From the NCBI GenBank assembly GCA_002633005.1, contig NMRA01000245.1, positions 372,001 through 436,000 of the forward strand: a DNA stretch of 64,000 nucleotides, given 5' to 3'. Below are positions 1-12,352 of this stretch, one piece after another; the stretch's first letter is position 1; each line of letters starts with the position of its first letter. The notes beneath the pieces are model-generated. The model searched no databases, was not told the origin of the DNA, and saw only the letters and a program-made list of their open reading frames with translations. Origin of the DNA: Phoronis australis (lineage: Eukaryota > Animalia > Phoronida). Both the position numbers and the translations under genes were made by a program.

Positions 1-1994
1 CCCCTTAATAATTTGTCAATAAATCACAAAAAGGGTGGCCACTTAAATGTCGCCAATGGCTTCCTTCAAGGGCGGGGCCCCTAAATATGTAAATATCTAC
101 ATTTTTGAATATCAAGAAATGCGCAGCAATTGATGTTATCTGTCATGTCATCAATTTTATCAAGTAATATACAGTTTCGAGAGAAAAAAATAAAGCGAAA
201 GTTCGTCTCCGTTATCCTTTGCCACAGAGGGGCCTCTGGAAAAAAGAGTTTTGCATTCGCAAAATTGACTTAATGAATTCTAAAATCCAGTAAATTAGTA
301 CGCTCTGCAAAAGTTTCGCTTTACAAATTTTCTCGATTTTTCGAAATATATGTATGATTGATTTCGTGCACGTTTTCAAGTGCGTTTAGATGACCTGTGG
401 TGCAAAAGCGAAAACCCTAACGTTAATGTCCTAGCCAGGGTCCTCATGCACTGATGCTGATCGTTAAATGTTCTCTTGAAGTTTCTCTCTTATCCGTATT
501 TCGCAATCTTTCTTTTCTCGACTTTCCCCGCACCCACGCCTATGTCAGTTGTCTCACGGTTTAACCCTGACGCCTGAAATTTTTTGGGGGCCCGTATCCT
601 CCTAACCCCCTCCCCCCTCTGCCCCCCCGCTTTCTACGGCCCTGAAGAAGTAAGATGAAAGCGTTCAGAAAATCTAAGAAGCTGCTTTGTATTTTTTGGC
701 CGCGTGAATGCTGGTCAATATTCAATGAAAATGACCGTTCACCCGATCACGGGCGCTGACGACGCCTGTGCACCCGATGTCCAGACACTGAGTTGGCCAA
801 ACTAAGCTGATTTTTTGCTGTTCAATTTTAGCAAACTCATTGGTCAATAGATGTCACTTAACATTCACTCAAACGTTTTAGTTTCAACAATACAAGTCAG
901 TTGGAGTTGTAGCAATGAACACTCCCCGAGTATTTTGTCACCTATATTTGAACCATGCATCTTTACGAATTGGAAACACGTACACACCTAAAGCTGTGTT
1001 CATCCGTGATCAGAAATACGAAACACACAATTCTGAATACCATGTATCACTAAACAAAACACAGAAACATTGTGATGGTGCAATACAAACCAAACTAATT
1101 ATCACAAAGTGAAGATAACTTAAAATTTTAGTAGGTTTCCTTCGGCATACCACTCACGTTTCACAGGAGCCTTCAATAGTTCCCTTTTCCACCAGTTTCC
1201 TTCTTACTAATTCTCAATAACCATTTTGAACAGATCCTAACATGCGCCTATCTTGCAAAAAACGCAGTGATCTGCATATATGCGCACGCGCCTAATTGCG
1301 GTGCTATAGGCCTACCCTCTTTTCAGAACAGTCGCTCAGTCAGACTAAAGTTCTGTGAAGTTCGCCTCTCGTAGACATTTCACCACTCAACAATATTAGC
1401 AATTAATTGTTTCTCTTATTTGAAGTCCCATTCAGAGCCATCTGCTCTCTGTGGCCATAGCCTTTGATTTTGGCGTGGAAGCCTAATTTGTTTGGGCCGT
1501 TTCACATTCGTCTGTAACAAAGTGGTCACCACCGCAACTGCAGTATGCGTCTCTTCATTATCGGGAAAATGTAGTTCCAAGACTGGAGCCAGTGGACTCA
1601 CCTAAGGTTTTGCTGTGGTCGACGTGACAGCACTAAGGCGACACGATTGCTTACCCCTGTCATAGCGTGCCATGCCGTCAAAGCCAACTCGCTCCAAGAA
1701 GAGTAACGAGTGATAAATAGATCGGCTGTTCTTAGCATTGAAATGTTCAATGAAAACTTATCCAGTTTAATGATTGTAGTATATTTAAATTTAAATCTCA
1801 CTGAAAACTTTTCATAGTTTGTTTATTAAGTATCTGCTATTTTGTTTATTGTATTAAAAAGAGATTGACGATGTAAAAGTTTATCGTTTGTCATTTCGTG
1901 TTGTTTACAAAAATCACTAGCCTTGTCTGGTTTTCCCGTCTAAATGAAAGAGGGCGATACTACCACTGACGGTGATGTGCAAGGTCCTAATAGA

Positions 1995-2131
1995 AAATGG
2001 CCGACGTCACGGTGGTCAGGGACAAACTGTGCCTGTGGATTGAAACTCGTTTTAACAATGAGGACAGTTGAGCATTTGTGAGGATTTAACCACTTTTACT
2101 ACAAAACACAATCAGTTACGAAAAGAGATCG
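1995..2131 (+). promoter_or_regulatory. Probable non-coding first exon / TSS region of the SLC46 gene
   Basis: A YY1-like AAAATGGCCG motif near 1995 is followed by a consensus donor G|GTGAGT at 2131/2132. The next plus-strand coding exon (acceptor at 10128) carries the ATG. The link between them is inferred. Confidence 0.45.
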
Positions 2132-2624
2132 GTGAGTACGCCATCAAGCACCTGCTTTGAAGACTTTGACCTGACCTACATGCCTTAGTTTACTTTGTAT
2201 GCTCAGTCATAGGCATGGTCATAGCTCATCAACATGTCTACTGATATTATTTGTAGGCATGTTGATGAGCTATGTGCCAATGTGGTTAAGCATGTATAAA
2301 TATGGAAAATGGAAAAGATTCAGCTTTGAGCCCTAATAGTATTTGCACAGTTTCATGATCTCCAGTTTTGAATATTCAACTTTGTTTTTCTGAGCAAACT
2401 GATGTGGCTGGTTCATAGAATGGCAAGGTCCATAGTTATAGAAGTCTTTGAACACCTCCACCTGCTCCCCTTGAATTATTTCATTTCGACAATCATTCTA
2501 CTCAGGGGGACAATGTATTATCTGTTTCCAGATTTTGTTCCACTACATTTGTTTTAAACTCTATACACAATCGAGGTGACAACTAAGCAACATTGAAACA
2601 TCTATACAGTGACTAAATTAGACG

Positions 2625-2691
2625 TCAATAACTTTTAAAACATGATCGCTTATGGCACATCAATAACTTTTAAAACATGATCGCTTATGGC
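2625..2691. repeat. 35-bp-period tandem duplication
   Basis: TCAATAACTTTTAAAACATGATCGCTTATGGC occurs at 2625 and 2660. Confidence 0.9.
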
Positions 2692-2699
2692 CCAGTACA

Positions 2700-3041
2700 T
2701 GTCAAACTACTTTACTCGAGGAGTAGTACACTAACCGGAAAACTGATATTTGTGGTAATGTGCCAATTTTGATAGTTAGCTTGTTGTTGTAATGCCTGTA
2801 ATGGAACACGTGTGAAGACAAGAAGATGGCTAGCATTGTAGTCATCGAGAGAGTGCAAGCAGTGGATGAGGTTGGTCGATGGGCAAGAGCTGTGATTTCA
2901 TTTTTTATGACTGAGGAAAAACTAGAATTGTTACTGCAACCAAAATTGTCCAGAGGTTCCAAATCTTCAGTTTGTCTATCACCATATTTGCACTTTTGTT
3001 ATTTTATGATTTGAGGACTAATAAAGATTGAACTTGAACTA
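2700..3041 (+). mobile_element. 3' fragment of a non-LTR retrotransposon (RTEX/L2-like)
   Basis: EVGRWAR resembles the IETGR(W/Y) motif near the ORF2 C-terminus. The segment ends in AATAAAGATTGAACTTGAACT, a poly(A) signal plus short-repeat tail typical of such LINEs. Confidence 0.45.
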
Positions 3042-4884
3042 ATGACACGTGTAGTTTTGTTTGCTGTGACATGTTTGGTGTAGCTGTAATCTGGAAAATT
3101 CAGGGATGGGTTCACAATTAACTGACTTTTAAGTTGTTTTGATACTTTGTTTAAAAACAAAATAAAAAGATAGCAACTCTAACCGATAAGAAAAAAACAA
3201 GTAGACAGGAGTATTAAAAATAAAGTAATGAAAACAGGTATGAAAGATATTTAAAACCAATGTTCCTTTGGGAAGTGGTCCTTTGTCAAGATCAACGCAG
3301 ATTAACTCTTTAGTCTTTTTCAGTTTTTGTAATATTCAAAATGTACCAAGTTAAAACCACTCTCCACATTACAGGCTTGAACTCCATCTGTGCAGAGTGC
3401 CAGGGTGTAATAACAACCACCGTTGTTAAGAAAGTAGTGTTTGTAATGTTCTGCGTTGGACAGACAAAATCGAAGTCTGAGTTTGACGGGATGATTTTAT
3501 TTACTAATTCCACTTGGAACCTCAGTGAAAACTTTGAATCCTTGTGAGAACCGTGTGAGAACTGTAAATCTATGAAAATACACAAAATGCTCGAAATACG
3601 TGACAATATTATATAAAACCGAATCTAAATTAAACTGTTAACAATAGTCACTCTGAGAAACTAGTCAAAATTACTCAAATCTAACTGAATCGGTATATGA
3701 ACTTTAAATCACATTTACCAAACCAACATTTATCTTAAAACGTATTATATCTTAGAACATTTCATAGCTCATAAACTCTAATGAGACTTACAGAAATTGC
3801 TCCCTTTGATCTTAACAACACATGAACATCCAATTCTTGTTTTGTGTATCAGTATGATCCTTGTCAGTGACTGAATACACTCATTGAAACTCTACAGACT
3901 CCGTGATCTGCCTAAAATACTTGATTCTCCAAAGTTACTGAGCTTCCTCGTCTCCTAACTTTTTCTTTTGAGAATGACGCTTACGTTTGCTCCAGAAATA
4001 TTTATACTCTAAGATATGACTAAGCATCATATGGACACTGGTCAGGGCGTAAGTACATCGGTGTGGGTGTTTCTTAGAATCAACCCACCTAAAACTGACC
4101 ACTCCAAAACATGTTTTTATGACCATATCCTGTTTGTCAGAACCACACTGAAAACTTAGCAGAACTAAAGCTTTTCTGAAGAAATTGCACAATACTCAAG
4201 TTTACCACAACAAGTTGTTTACAATAACAAGTCCTGTTCTAAAATATTTGTGACTTTCAAAATAGTTAACTGATATTAACACATTTGTTCATAAATTTAA
4301 TCATTGATCTATAATAAATTGTTACATAATTCTAACATTTTTCATCAAAAATGTTACAGTGTTAGCTATTTACCTTTCCACGTCATTAGCTCAGATCTAC
4401 ATCAATACAAAGGGCATGCTGGAATAGGCATCCTAAAAGTTGTCTGGGGCTTAGGGAATCTGAGTGATGACCAGAGTAAGTCTGAAATTCTCCACATGAA
4501 TAATGCTGTAATCACCTGAAAACCTTTCAGCACTTGGTTACGACTTTTCTTCCAAATGTCTGAGTGTTGAAACTTGTGTTGGTTGATTCATATGGGAACC
4601 CTTATTTGAATATTTATGCAAGTTTCCTTCGTTGTCTGTCTAAATAATTAAAAATTCCTTTAATGTTTATTGTATTCATAACTAGCACTTATGCTAATGT
4701 TTGTTTTGCTGTTTTTTTTACCTTATACTGATGTAAAATACATGTTTTACTTACCTACTTAATCATATCATACTAAGTTTATTTGTGTTAAAGGCCTGTG
4801 GCCCAAAATGCAATGAACAAAAAATTTAAACAGGCATATTTACACAAGCACTCAACCCATCTAAGAGTTGTTCTCTTCTTTTAA

Positions 4885-6485
4885 AGGAGAATGCCACCCG
4901 ATTTAGTTAGCCTTTTTTACCGTCTTGATCAGTCTATATCCACATCGCCTCTTACACGGTCGACCTCACCTTGCCGAGAGGTGTCGCGTTAACCTGTGAT
5001 GAAGGTGAGAAATGACGCAGTGATGTCAGTGGTTCGTCTGCAGCGTGAATGCCGCTACATTGCAGTGCATCTTTCCCGCTTGTCCAAGCTATGAAGCTGC
5101 GAAGAAAGCGAGTATATCGTTTTTTCGACTTCCTCGAGAGCCTGAAATGCTTAGAGACTAGCTCGCGGTAGTGAAGAATGATAGGTACGCTGTGAATAGC
5201 AAGTATGTGGCCGTGAAACATCTCAGTGTCTGTGGCCGGCATTTCGTCGACAGTGATTTCTCTGACGAATTCTGGCTTACCAAAGAACTATCCATACGTT
5301 CCATTGTCTGTGCATGTTCACGGTGCCTCTCTAGTATTTCTTGGTCAGTGTATTCCGGTTCGAACTGATAGCCTGTGAAACGTAACGATCCGACCAGTGA
5401 AGTCTTCGTCAGATGAGCTCTTGACTAAGTCGGGATTGGCGCCGGGCGAATTGCCATGTAGACGTTTATTATTCTGCGTTCTGTTTCAAAATGAATTATT
5501 CTCATCCTAACCAATGCTTATATAAAACTGAAACAAAGTCTGTGTCATTGGATACAAATTGTAATGCCTTTGCAGTATTCGTGAGTGCAAATGTTGAGAA
5601 GCCAGCAATGAATAAACCACTGCGTTACCGGGCACTGAGGCCGTGTGAGCGCATGCTAATTCAGTGTTTGCTGACAGAAAGCTGTTGTGAAACAATTACT
5701 CGATTTTATGTGCTATGGTCACATGTTAGGGGAATCTTTATTTAGAAATACAAATACATAATTCAAATCATTGTTACTGTACAACCTTTGCCATGATGGT
5801 CTGTGGAGGGGGAACCCGACTTCGCGGTCCCCGACCAGTAAGTAGATTTTCAGTTTCGTGGCTAATTCACATAAATTATTACGTGCACATTATTTCTTTG
5901 GCTCACTCTTGTAGTCTTTTTGTGACTGGAGGCTTAGTTTCCAACTCAAGCTGGTTTATGTTCGTGCCAGTCCCGGCGGCCGCGACGGGCCTGATCGGGT
6001 TCCGAGCCACTGGCCGGGATAACAAGCGTTTTGTGTGTTTAGAACTCAAAAAATCGCAAGTCTAAACAACACAGATCTAGGTTCTCCTGTCACGAAAGAA
6101 TACTTCGAATTTATCTCCGAAGAGACCCCAAACTCCTGCTACGGACCTTGGTAAATTGGCCTGCCGAACTTTGTAGGCTACGGTGTGTCCAAATACCAAT
6201 AAATCCGTAACAGCGAAATAAAGAACTGTATTTTTAAGGGTTTTACATCCAAGTTTGATGATTTATTGGTGTTAAACGATGAATTCAAGTGATAAGCTGA
6301 CACCAGTAACCCGTGTTGTGAACTGCTGAACAGACTGCGTGTGAAACCAATGACGTCATTGGATAATTTCAACACCTCCATCTGCTGTCAAGTATCAGGT
6401 AATGCAACCGAACGTGCCGTTATCGAGTAGAACTACTCGATCTAAATAGACACAAAATAGGTTGTTTTTTGGGTGGCATTCTCCT
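4885..6485. mobile_element. Non-autonomous Kolobok-type DNA transposon (1601 bp)
   Basis: Perfect 15-bp TIRs AGGAGAATGCCACCC (4885-4899) and GGGTGGCATTCTCCT (6471-6485), with TTAA on both sides (4881-4884, 6486-6489). It carries a decayed THAP domain on + (MPLHC..FRLP..VCGRHFVDSDF) and a YQFEPEYTD peptide on -. Confidence 0.85.
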
Positions 6486-6753
6486 TTAAGGGCAGAATGC
6501 ACATATTTAACAACAGATATATCTGGATTAGCTAGAAGGCATATACAGGATTCTTGAGTTGGGTGTTTCCATTGAACTTCTTTCATAAAACATGACCCGA
6601 GTTCACAATATCCCTTGCAAATCAACAGCAAATGGTATTCATCCTTTACAAGACCATCATTGCAAATCAAACATAATCTATTATAATATTCTACTTTGTC
6701 ATGTTTACCCACTTCCACTTGTAGTCTATGGTTGGAGCAACGTAACCAAGTAA

Positions 6754-6832
6754 ATGCTTGAATAAGACTGTCTTATGCTTGAATAAGACTGTCTTATGCT
6801 TGAATAAGACTGTCTTATGCTTGAATAAGACT
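6754..6832. repeat. 21-bp tandem repeat, about 3.8 copies, inside the LINE
   Basis: ATGCTTGAATAAGACTGTCTT occurs three times plus a partial copy. Confidence 0.95.
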
Positions 6833-9033
6833 TATTATGTCGAGGTAACGTAAGTCCTGGTTCAAAGCAGTAGAGTCTTAAAGTTACAGTAGTATTTAAC
6901 TTTTGCATTATGCTCAATTTCTGATCGCCAACTTTGCTCATAGCTGTCATTAACTCTTTGCGTGAAGATACTTAAAAACGGGACTTCACACGTGACACCT
7001 TGATTCAACCAAATTTTATAAAAACTGTGTTTTGATAGGAATTGTCTTAACAGAAGGTACCCAAGTATTTCTCCCATTCCTGTCTAAATCAGCTAACATA
7101 AGCCGCTTTAGCGTATCTGGTAGGTGGCATTTTCAACAACTTAGCCAATATTTCACACATGCGACGTAGTACTTTGCATAGAGCAGATAAATTCCACATT
7201 TGCCCAATACAGCTGTGTTTGAGCAGGAGTTTCCAACTCTAAGAGCAATATACCCTTGTCTGGTGCCGACAGATCAGTAAAAAAACAATGAGATACCTCA
7301 ATTGTTCTCATCTTCAGTGTTACCTTGTTTAAATATAGGAACAATTATTGTGTCACACCAGCCCTGTGGGTAGTAGCGAGAATTCCATTGAAAAGCAGTT
7401 CCTATACAGGAGCAATAGCTACCCTAATGCACTCTTCAACATCTCGAACACAACATGCTTTGCTGTTTGGAAGATCCATTATAGGGCAGTCAATTTCCTC
7501 ACATATCACTAGGTAAATTTTCGTCACAAGCATCGCAATAATTATCACGATTTTCTTGTTGTCTTACGACAGCATTTGACATAGTGTTGCTCGGTTCTAT
7601 CTGTCATTGAGTAACATTAAAATACACGTAGCACCGTTCTGGAGTTATCAAAGTTTCCTTCGGACTTGATTTTACCAAAGCCCAGAATTGCTTTGGATTA
7701 TTTCTGCTATCCTAAATATTTTCTAGCAACTTCGATTGATGCTGTTTTTCTTTTTCTTTGTATAACATGTGAAATTGTTTCTCATTTTCTTTATATACTA
7801 CCAATTTTCCAGGGGAGGAGTCTCTCCGAAAAATATTCAAAGAGTGATATTTATTTTTTTTGCAGTTTATAATTCTTTGTCCCACCAAGGGGGTTGTTAT
7901 TTTTAAACGTTCCCATCGATCTAGCAGTTTGTTTAAAAAGGTTTGTTGCACCATCTGTTGCATTTTCTATGTCGCCATGAGCAATCTGTTTAACTATTTG
8001 ATCTAGACTTTCTGATCGGCAATTTGAGAACACTTCATGGAATTCTGTTGCTCGGCCACTATCCCACTGTAGGTGAGAGTGCGATTGAAATGTTGATTGT
8101 GTAGCGCTACAGCGACTGTCATACACAGTTGCCTGCAACATTACAAACAATGGGAAAATGATCGGACTCGTCAAATCATTAATGTGTACACTAAAATCTG
8201 AAATATGTTGAAATAGACTTGTTGATACGATCAAATAGTCTACAGTGCTACAACCACCTGATGCGTGACATGTGAACTCACCATGTTTATCACTCTGACT
8301 CCTACCTTTAACAGTATGCATGTATAAGTCACAACACATCTCAAAGTTTTGCCAAAATTATTTACAGTTTCATCCTTAGACTGCCTGACAATGACAGGAC
8401 TTCTGAGACAAATTCAACAACTGGCCAAAGCAGGGTTATCCCATTTTTCTCTGCGGAGTTTTCATACACTGGCGACCCTTCTGGAGCTACATAAATAAAG
8501 CAAATAATCACATCGTTGTCGGTCTTAAACAACTTTTTGTTGCCTTTTAAGACTACACCGTGAATATGATCAACCTTCAAACGTCTAAAATATTTTCCTA
8601 ATTCGAGTTTGATAAATGCACTCACTCCTCCGGAGTTTCTTCCAAATTTTCTTCTCTTTGTTTTGCACATCAAAACTTACATAGCTTGATACACTAAACT
8701 GGTTTGGTTTATTTGCCCGTGTTTCATTGACTGCTACTACATGATACCTAGATATAAAGTCAAGAACCTCAGATTGTCCAATCTTTTTGGCGAGACCATG
8801 TGCGTTCCAGCTCATCAATTATATGCCGTTTGTATACAGAGGTGGGCCTTGGCCTCCATCCTATCTGTTGCATTCAAACACTCTCTTACTTACTCAGTTA
8901 GGCCTATGGGCTTCTTGCACTGATGTCTGTGTATAAGGTACAACAGAATATTAAAATGCCACCTTTATACTTTTATTTTGGGTCATGTTGTAATAAGTTA
9001 ATAAGTGCCGTCAGCCTAGTTTTCTGAAATGAA

Positions 9034-9081
9034 GTGTGTGTGTGTGTGTGTGTGATGTGTGTTGTGTGTGTGTGTGTGTGT
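9034..9081. repeat. (GT)n microsatellite; allelic copy at 9721-9795
   Basis: Interrupted GT runs read directly. Confidence 0.95.
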
Positions 9082-10131
9082 AACTAAATGCCATAAGTCA
9101 AACGAACCATCAAATCAATGGTAAACGTAAGAATCAATCATACAGCAATTGCCTCGGAAAAGTAGTGATGGTGAATGCAGTGTGATATTGACATGTTGAA
9201 ATACTAAGTTGAAAATGGGACGTGAAAACAAATTTGACCAGATGTAATGCGAAAATGCCCTAGAAACTACACAGGAGGGGGCGCCGCATAACACAATAAA
9301 ACATGGGTGACTGAAATGGCCATGAGTAATAACCCGTACTTGATCAAGTGAAAAAACGATAAAAAATACCAATGCAGATGACTTGTGCATTAACAGTTCT
9401 TTTGCTCTTTTCAGATCATGAGGTTCCATCCTCGTTTGATCACTGTGGAGCCTGTCATGTTCTTTAGTCAGATGGCCTCCTTCATCCAGTACCCAAGTAT
9501 CCAGGCACTGTACTATACCNATTTTCTTGTTGTCTTACGACAGCATTTGACATAGTGTTGCTCGGTTCCATCTGTCATTGAGTAACATTAAAATACACGT
9601 ACCACCGTTCTGGAGTTATCAAAGTTTCCTTTGGACTACTATTAAAATTTGATTTTACCAGAGCCCAGAATTGCTTTGGATTATTTCTGTTATCCTAAAT
9701 ATTTTCTAGCAACTTTGATTGTGTGTGTGTGTGTGTGTGTGTGATGTGTGTGATGTGTGTGTGTGCTGTGTGCTGTGTGTGTGTGCTGTGTGTGTAACTA
9801 GATGCCATAAGTCAAACGAACCAACAAATCAATGGTAAACGTAAGAATCAATCATACAGCAATTGCCTCGGAAAAGTAGTGATGGTGAATGCAGTGTGAT
9901 ATTGACATGTTGAAATACTAAGTTGAAAATGGGACGTGAAAACAAATTCGACCAGAGGTAATGCGAAAATGCCCTAGAAACTACACAGGAGGGGGCGCCG
10001 CATAACACAATAAAACATGGGTAACTGAAATGGCCATGAGTAATAACCCGTACTCGATCAAGTGAAAAAACGATAAAAAATACCAATGCAGATGACTTGT
10101 GCATTAACAGTTCTTTTGCTCTTTTCAGATC

Positions 10132-12320
10132 ATGAGGTTCCATCCTCGTTTGATCACTGTGGAGCCTGTCATGTTCTTTAGTCAGATGGCCTCCTTCATC
10201 CAGTACCCAAGTATCCAGGCACTGTACTATACCAAGGTGTGTCAGAACATGTACAACCACACTGTCTGTACAAATATCCACAACGAATCATTCAAGACAG
10301 AAGAGCATGAAGTTGAGTCACAGACGTCCACATGGATCCTCTATCATAACCTGACTTTCTCCATTCCCGCCATAGCTGTTGCAGTATTCATGGGCTCTTG
10401 GAGTGATCGGATTAGTCGAAGACTTCCAATCGTCATCTCAGTCATAGGAGGCATCCTCTCAAATATAGTTTTGATTTTGAATTCTGTGTACTTAGAGTGG
10501 CCAATAGGACTTTGCTTGCTGTCCAGTGTCGTCGGATCGATGTTCGGGGGATTCGTGTTACTACTTAGCTCGCTGTTCAGCTACATAGGACATGTGTCGT
10601 CAGAAAAAAGCCGCACGGCACAGATTGCTGTTTTAGAAGCCATGTTATTTCTTGGTGGAACATTTGGCTCAGTGTTTGGTGGATTAATGGTGGATCGTCA
10701 AGGGTTCACATTCACGTTTTCCTTCAATCTCGCTGTGTATGTGTTGATCCTGGTCTTTCTACTGACGTGGGTGTTGGATATCAGAACTGATGGTGATATG
10801 GACAGTGGGTGGAAGAAGAAGTATTTTAATTACCACTATTTTATAGATTCCTGTCTTGTCATGTTTAAATGGAGACCAGGGAATGGAAAACTGAGAATTG
10901 TTTGTCTGGTGCTGTCTCTGGGTGCTCTTTTTCTGTCAACAGATGGTAATAATTGTTTAATTATTGTCTTTTTGTTTCAGTAAGCATTTTGATCATCATT
11001 GTTTAGTTTTACTCATTGACCAAAAGAATCGCTTATTGTTTATGGTAGAAAGAATTTGATCTATTTACAAACGTAGAATTATGTGACTAGTAATTTATTT
11101 TATTGTGTATGCTTAGTATTGTCAATGGCAGAGTAAAAACCAGCAACTTATTTGTGAGATGCCTGGTCTGTAGAAAAGATGTGATGGTATTTCTTACCAT
11201 CTGCTCCATCTGTTGTCAATCTTTTTGTTTTCACTTTTGAGTGCATTTCTATTTTCCAGGTGCAAATGACATCACCTTTCTGTTCTTGAGGCATCCACCC
11301 CTCTCCTGGTCTCAGACACTGTATGGAGTATACTCTGGTCTCTCGCTCGGTTTCAAGGGACTGTTGTTAATCTCTTTGGTGCCACTGTTCAGGTGGATGT
11401 GGAAAGTGCACGACACAACCTTCATTCTGATTGGTCTACTGTCGAAGTCATGTGGACTGATATTGTTGAGTGTGAGTCAGACAACTTGGATGGGAATGTT
11501 GGGTAAGTAATTGGAACAAAAAAGGAGGTTCATGAATTTTTTTGGCCAAACACACTGTAATTGACCTATCGCAAGCTCTGCCCCCTTTCCAAATGTCGAC
11601 AAACAAACAATAAATTTTACCTGGCAACGAGTTGTTTGTCGGGTAATATGGCAACATGAAACGAAGGTGTGCCAAAAATGCTGCGTTGTGATTGGTCAGT
11701 TCAGCTGTCACTCAAACTCCTGACGATAGGTCAATTGGTTCTGCTCTGCAACTTACTCATTTTGCAAGCGACTCCTGTCAATGCTGACACCAGGTGGTGC
11801 TGGGTGATAAAGAAGGATCCCATTTCATGGAGCTGGTGACTTTTTCTTTTTGAAAAATATGGACAACTAAAAACATGGCATCTACGCATCATTTTTCAAA
11901 AAAAGACAAAAACTGTTTGTGCTATATTTGGCCTCACATGATGATAATAAACTAAGGTTAAGATGTTGTTGGAGGAAAATGTGTGCAACAAATGAAGGTG
12001 TTTATTTCAGTTATTTTAATTACGCAGCCATTTCACACCACTCTGATTTTAAAGTTGGACTTTGCTCTATTTAGCCGGCTAAAAACGAAAAACAAATCAC
12101 GTTTTTATGCTCTTAAGATCTGCCTCATAATACTCTTTACCATGTCAGGTTTCCATTTCGGTTTCCAACTAAAATCACCTAAACACGTTATTTCAAAATT
12201 TTTACAGTTGGCAAAGTGGGACAGTCTCCAAAGTTTGGGAGACCGCTATACCAGGAGGCAAACCCTCCTCCACTACTGGCAGCTTAGGTCTGCCTAAGGA
12301 TATGCTCTGTGAACCACACA

Positions 12321-12352
<32 letters not shown>

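Larger units (their letters stand above)
4765..8830 (-). mobile_element. Degenerate LINE (APE endonuclease plus ORF2 C-terminus; RTEX/L2-like), interrupted by a DNA transposon
   Basis: Endonuclease motifs SWNAHGL, VAVNET, RNSGGV, IYVAPEGS and FTC..STVDY lie in ORFs 8818-7851. The C-terminal RLCLICNDGLVKDEYHLLLIC lies at 6718-6490. After removing 4885-6485 the frame continues HSALKRREQLL.., followed by a GGGCC..AATAAA tail near 4780. There are many frameshifts and the RT core was not seen. Confidence 0.85.

Noticed and set aside
1655-1674. MARYDR as the start of proteasome subunit PSMA7
   Set aside because: Only six codons match and no AITVFSPDGH exon is visible in the window, which is insufficient support.
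3300-4700. Possible retroelement remnant
   Set aside because: Only a vague HHMDTG-like peptide is visible, with no convincing motif series, so it was left uncalled.
9418-9519. Truncated SLC46 pseudogene
   Set aside because: It is identical to 10132-10233 and ends exactly at an N, so an assembly overlap is the better explanation.
9115-10281. Duplicated minus-strand ORFs MEPHDLKRAKELL...
   Set aside because: These are antisense shadows of the SLC46 exon/intron boundary, repeated because of the N-joined haplotype duplication.
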